40,956 nucleotides of DNA from an uncultured Gemmatimonadales bacterium (GTDB lineage: Bacteria; Gemmatimonadota; Gemmatimonadetes; Gemmatimonadales; GWC2-71-9), in contig CAWJMT010000025.1 in assembly GCA_963844035.1 (NCBI GenBank), positions 1 to 40,956 on the forward strand, read 5' to 3'. A program made the translations under genes and the position numbers. Positions 38,213 through 40,956 of the stretch are shown in pieces. The notes below the pieces were generated by a model that had not been told where the DNA came from, ran no database searches, and saw nothing but the letters and a program-made list of their open reading frames with translations. Each line of letters begins with the position of its first letter. Within the stretch, counting starts at the first letter, position 1.

Positions 38213-39829
38213 TTGCCGGCAGTGCTGCTCGTGGAGCGCGGCAGGCTAGCGTGGGTTGCCGGCCGCAGCGGCGGGCCGCCTGCAGGCGCAAGCCCCCGCG
38301 CCGATCATCGACACTATCGTGGTGATCAATCAGAACATCTTCGACGAGAAGGACCTCGCAGAGCTTCCGTATATCGCCCGGATCGCCAACTCGCTCCACA
38401 TCAAGACGAATGCGTCGGTGATCCGCGGCACGCTCTTGCTCAATCCAGGGGGAGCCCTACGATTCGGCACGTGCGGTGGAAAGCGAGCGCGCGCTCCGCA
38501 GCCTCAACGTGTTCCGCGAGGTGCGGGTGGACACGGTGCGTGTGCAGAGTCGTCTGGCCCTGCGGGTCCGAACCGCGGACGGGTGGAGCACCAAGCCGCA
38601 GTTGAACTTTTCCTCGTCGGCCGGGAGCATCACCTGGCAGCTGGCATCCAGGAAGAGAACGTCCTCGGCACTGCGACGTCGCTCACGGCGCTCTATACAC
38701 AAACGCCCGATCGATAGTTCGGTCAGCTGGTGTACCTCAATCCCCATTTCATCGGCCGGCGGCCGCGGTTGGCGCTCAACTACCAGCCGCTCTCTGACGG
38801 GAAGGACTTGTCGTGGAGCCTGGGCGTGCCGTTCTACCAGACCGCGGCAAAGCGGCAGTACGGAACCAGCGGGGAAGCCTCCGAGTACCGGGTGCTGATT
38901 TTCAAGGACGGCCTGCTTGGCCGACACCACCCATCGCCATGCGCTGCGGTTTGGGGTGAACGGCGGGTTTGCACTTAAGGCCACCAGTCGCAGCTACCTG
39001 CGGCTCTGGATGCAGGCCGGTGGCGGCGTGAGGACTTCGCTCCCGACCGTCGTCCCCCCGGGGTCCACGTTCGGTACGGTCGGTGCCGGTCTCGAGGTGG
39101 CCCACCGCAAGTTCCACGTCATGCAGCGCCTCAATACGTACGGGCGTCGCGAGGACGTGAATTTGTCGGACTACCTTCGAGTCGGTGCGTTTGCCGCGCC
39201 GCGGGCCTGGGGATACTCCGCGGAGCAAGCCGGGGTCGGCCTCGAGATAAGCGGTCAGGCGAGTACGGCGTGGCCCGGGGGGTTCCTGGTGCTCTACGGG
39301 GGTGCATCCGGCGTGTACACGGGCGCGGAGGTCGACTCGGCGACGAGCGCGCGGCGGGCTGACGGTCGCCAGCCAGAACCTCGCGTACCAGACCCTGATT
39401 GCGCACGTCGAAGGCGGTGCGCTGCGCCGCGCAAAGCCCACCACCTTTTACGACACCTGGCAGAATCAATCCGGGCCGCGGCTGTACCCAGCACACGCCT
39501 TTACGGGCACTCGAACCATCTGGGTGACGTTCGAAGACCGGATCGTCGTGGCCGACCAGGCCTTCGGCCTGGTGGGGGTGGGCCTCGCGCCGTTTTTCGA
39601 CTGGGGTGGTGCCTGGTTCGGGGACGAACCGGTGTGGCCGGGCAAGGGTCCCATTACGCTGCTCGAGCCGATGCGCACCGGAAACGACGCCGGCCTATCG
39701 ATCCGACTGGGGCCCACCCGGGCGGTACGCGGCGACGTCACGGAGATGGCCTTCGGGTACCGCTTCGGCGCTCCCGCGGATGGTCCGCATGGCTGGGCGC
39801 TTTCGATTCGCCGGGGCATCCCCTTCTAG
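38213..39829 (+). CDS. Omp85/BamA-TamA-like POTRA + beta-barrel protein (several frameshifts; start approximate)
   Basis: POTRA-like HIKTNASVIR..LL..PGEPYD....ESERALRSLNVF..V, D.WS, EENVLG; barrel strands, FFDWGGAW, C-terminal Phe. Confidence 0.75.
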
Positions 39830-39965
39830 CTTCCGGGGCCCGGACCGGGCCGACGCGCCGTAGACCATCCCAATCGACAACGCCCCCCGACCCGTACGGC
39901 CAGCCCAGCATTCGTTGCCGCCCGGCCCGTTCCTGCCCACCCCTCCTGAAACCCGTCGACGCCCC

Positions 39966-40020
39966 TTGACGTACTGTAGTCACTCCAATATTGTTCTCGC
40001 TCCAAAGTTGACTGTAGTCA
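39966..40020 (+). promoter_or_regulatory. tetR promoter with two operator-like sites
   Basis: TTGACG-17 nt-TATTGT; ACTGTAGTCA at 39973-39982 and 40011-40020, the latter within palindrome TGACT-gt-AGTCA. Confidence 0.7.
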
Positions 40021-40050
40021 TTATTGAACCAGGTCTAGGGTGTGATAATC

Positions 40051-40665
40051 ATGACCGAAGTCGAGCTGTCGCGCCGCGAGCGCAAGAAGGAAGAGACCAA
40101 GGATCGGATCTTCAAGGCGGCCTTTGCTCTGTTCAAACGACAGGGAGTCGAGGCCACCACGATCGACGATATCTGCGAAAAGGCCGACGTCGCCAAGGGC
40201 ACCTTCTTCAACTACTTCCCCCGCAAGGAGGCGGTGTTCGGCCACCTGGCGGAGGAATGGTTCGCGCAGGCGGAGGCGGAATCCGCCGCCATCCTGGCGC
40301 GGCCGGGGCGGGTCGGGCCGCAGCTGATCGCGATGTTCTCCGAGCTGGCGGCGTTCTACGAAGAGGAACCGTCCCTCGCCCGGTACGTCCTCCAAGAGGT
40401 GATGCAGAACCAGCACAACGAGGACGACGAGATGTGCCGTAACTGGGACGAACTCGCGCTGCGGCTGATCCAGAAGCTTCAGACCAATGGAGAGCTGCGG
40501 ACGGACGAGTCTCCGGAGCGGGTGGCCGGCGTGCTCCACTGCGTCCATCAAGGGACCATTCTCGAGTTCGTCGCGTCCGCGGAACCCCCGTTTCCCCTCA
40601 GAACCGAGCTGCGGCGGCGCCTGACGCTCGCCATCGAAGGCCTCGCACCGCGGGGAGGCAAGTGA
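40051..40665 (+). CDS. TetR/AcrR-family regulator
   Basis: RRERKKEETKDRIFKAA..LF..QGVEATTIDDICEKADVAKGTFFNYFPRKE. Confidence 0.95.
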   Translation: MTEVELSRRERKKEETKDRIFKAAFALFKRQGVEATTIDDICEKADVAKGTFFNYFPRKEAVFGHLAEEWFAQAEAESAAILARPGRVGPQLIAMFSELAAFYEEEPSLARYVLQEVMQNQHNEDDEMCRNWDELALRLIQKLQTNGELRTDESPERVAGVLHCVHQGTILEFVASAEPPFPLRTELRRRLTLAIEGLAPRGGK

Positions 40666-40666
40666 T

Positions 40667-40956
40667 ATGCGCCATGTGATGATGACGTTGTGCCTGTTGG
40701 CGGGTGTCGCAGCGCCGGTGGCCGCGCAAGCCCCGACCGACACCATTCGCCTGACCCTCGACGAGGCGGTGAATCGCGCCCTCGACCAGGGCGTCGACAT
40801 GCGTCTGGCCAAAGCGGCGGTGCTCACCGCGAACGGCCAAGTGCGCGAGGCGTTCTCCGCGGCGTTGCCCCAAATCACCACGTCGCTGACCTACACGCAG
40901 GCAGTTCGCGTCGATCTACTGCGGACTCGGTCCGGGCAGCGGGTTCGATACGCTGT
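40667..40956 (+). CDS. TolC-family outer-membrane efflux protein, 5' part (runs off the window)
   Basis: GGAGG then ATG; signal peptide; LTLDEAVNRAL...A....A..QVREAFSAALPQI. Confidence 0.8.
   Translation, partial: MRHVMMTLCLLAGVAAPVAAQAPTDTIRLTLDEAVNRALDQGVDMRLAKAAVLTANGQVREAFSAALPQITTSLTYTQAVRVDLLRTRSGQRVRYA

Noticed and set aside
837..39829. About 14 frameshifted genes as pseudogenes or programmed frameshifts
   Set aside because: Indels hit unrelated conserved genes (kup, acyltransferase, HD-GYP, cytochromes), the ones I traced are single extra bases, and motifs are otherwise intact; sequencing or assembly error is the simpler explanation. Read mapping would settle it.
40940..40956. tRNA T-loop-like GGTTCGAT
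   Set aside because: Lies within the TolC-family coding region with no cloverleaf upstream

Overview
GC-rich (roughly two-thirds G+C by eye) bacterial chromosomal segment, most consistent with Gemmatimonadota (inferred from gene content and lipoprotein style). About 14 genes are split by single-base indels, mostly insertions, probably uncorrected long-read errors, so several ORF-track entries are chimeras or fragments. Contents: (1) 0.1-9.2 kb, an envelope/redox cluster with three YceI-like paralogs, an 8-heme cytochrome c-TPR protein, a diheme cytochrome c, two paralogous lipoproteins, a divergent CHRD-like lipoprotein and a beta-barrel; (2) stand-alone infA, a TPR/CsgG-like lipoprotein plus barrel, a phasin-like protein, an Ig-repeat lipoprotein, MCP plus LivK-type binding protein, alpha/beta hydrolase, Ser/Thr kinase and cspA; (3) a ~385-nt highly structured region at 24.5-24.9 kb lacking a credible ORF, with its own promoter, terminator and upstream DnaA-box-like motifs (candidate ncRNA); (4) kup, plsB-like, htpX-like and lemA; (5) a candidate peptide-signalling cassette: a pseudo-receiver/AraC regulator operon, a 43-aa Cys-loop lipopeptide and a convergent TPR protein, the last two sharing an ATGTCGCAA promoter box; (6) FimT-like pseudopilin, NDUFA9-like oxidoreductase, REC-HD-GYP, mqnD, an Omp85-family protein, tetR and the start of a TolC-family gene. 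No rRNA, tRNA, CRISPR array or mobile element was recognised.
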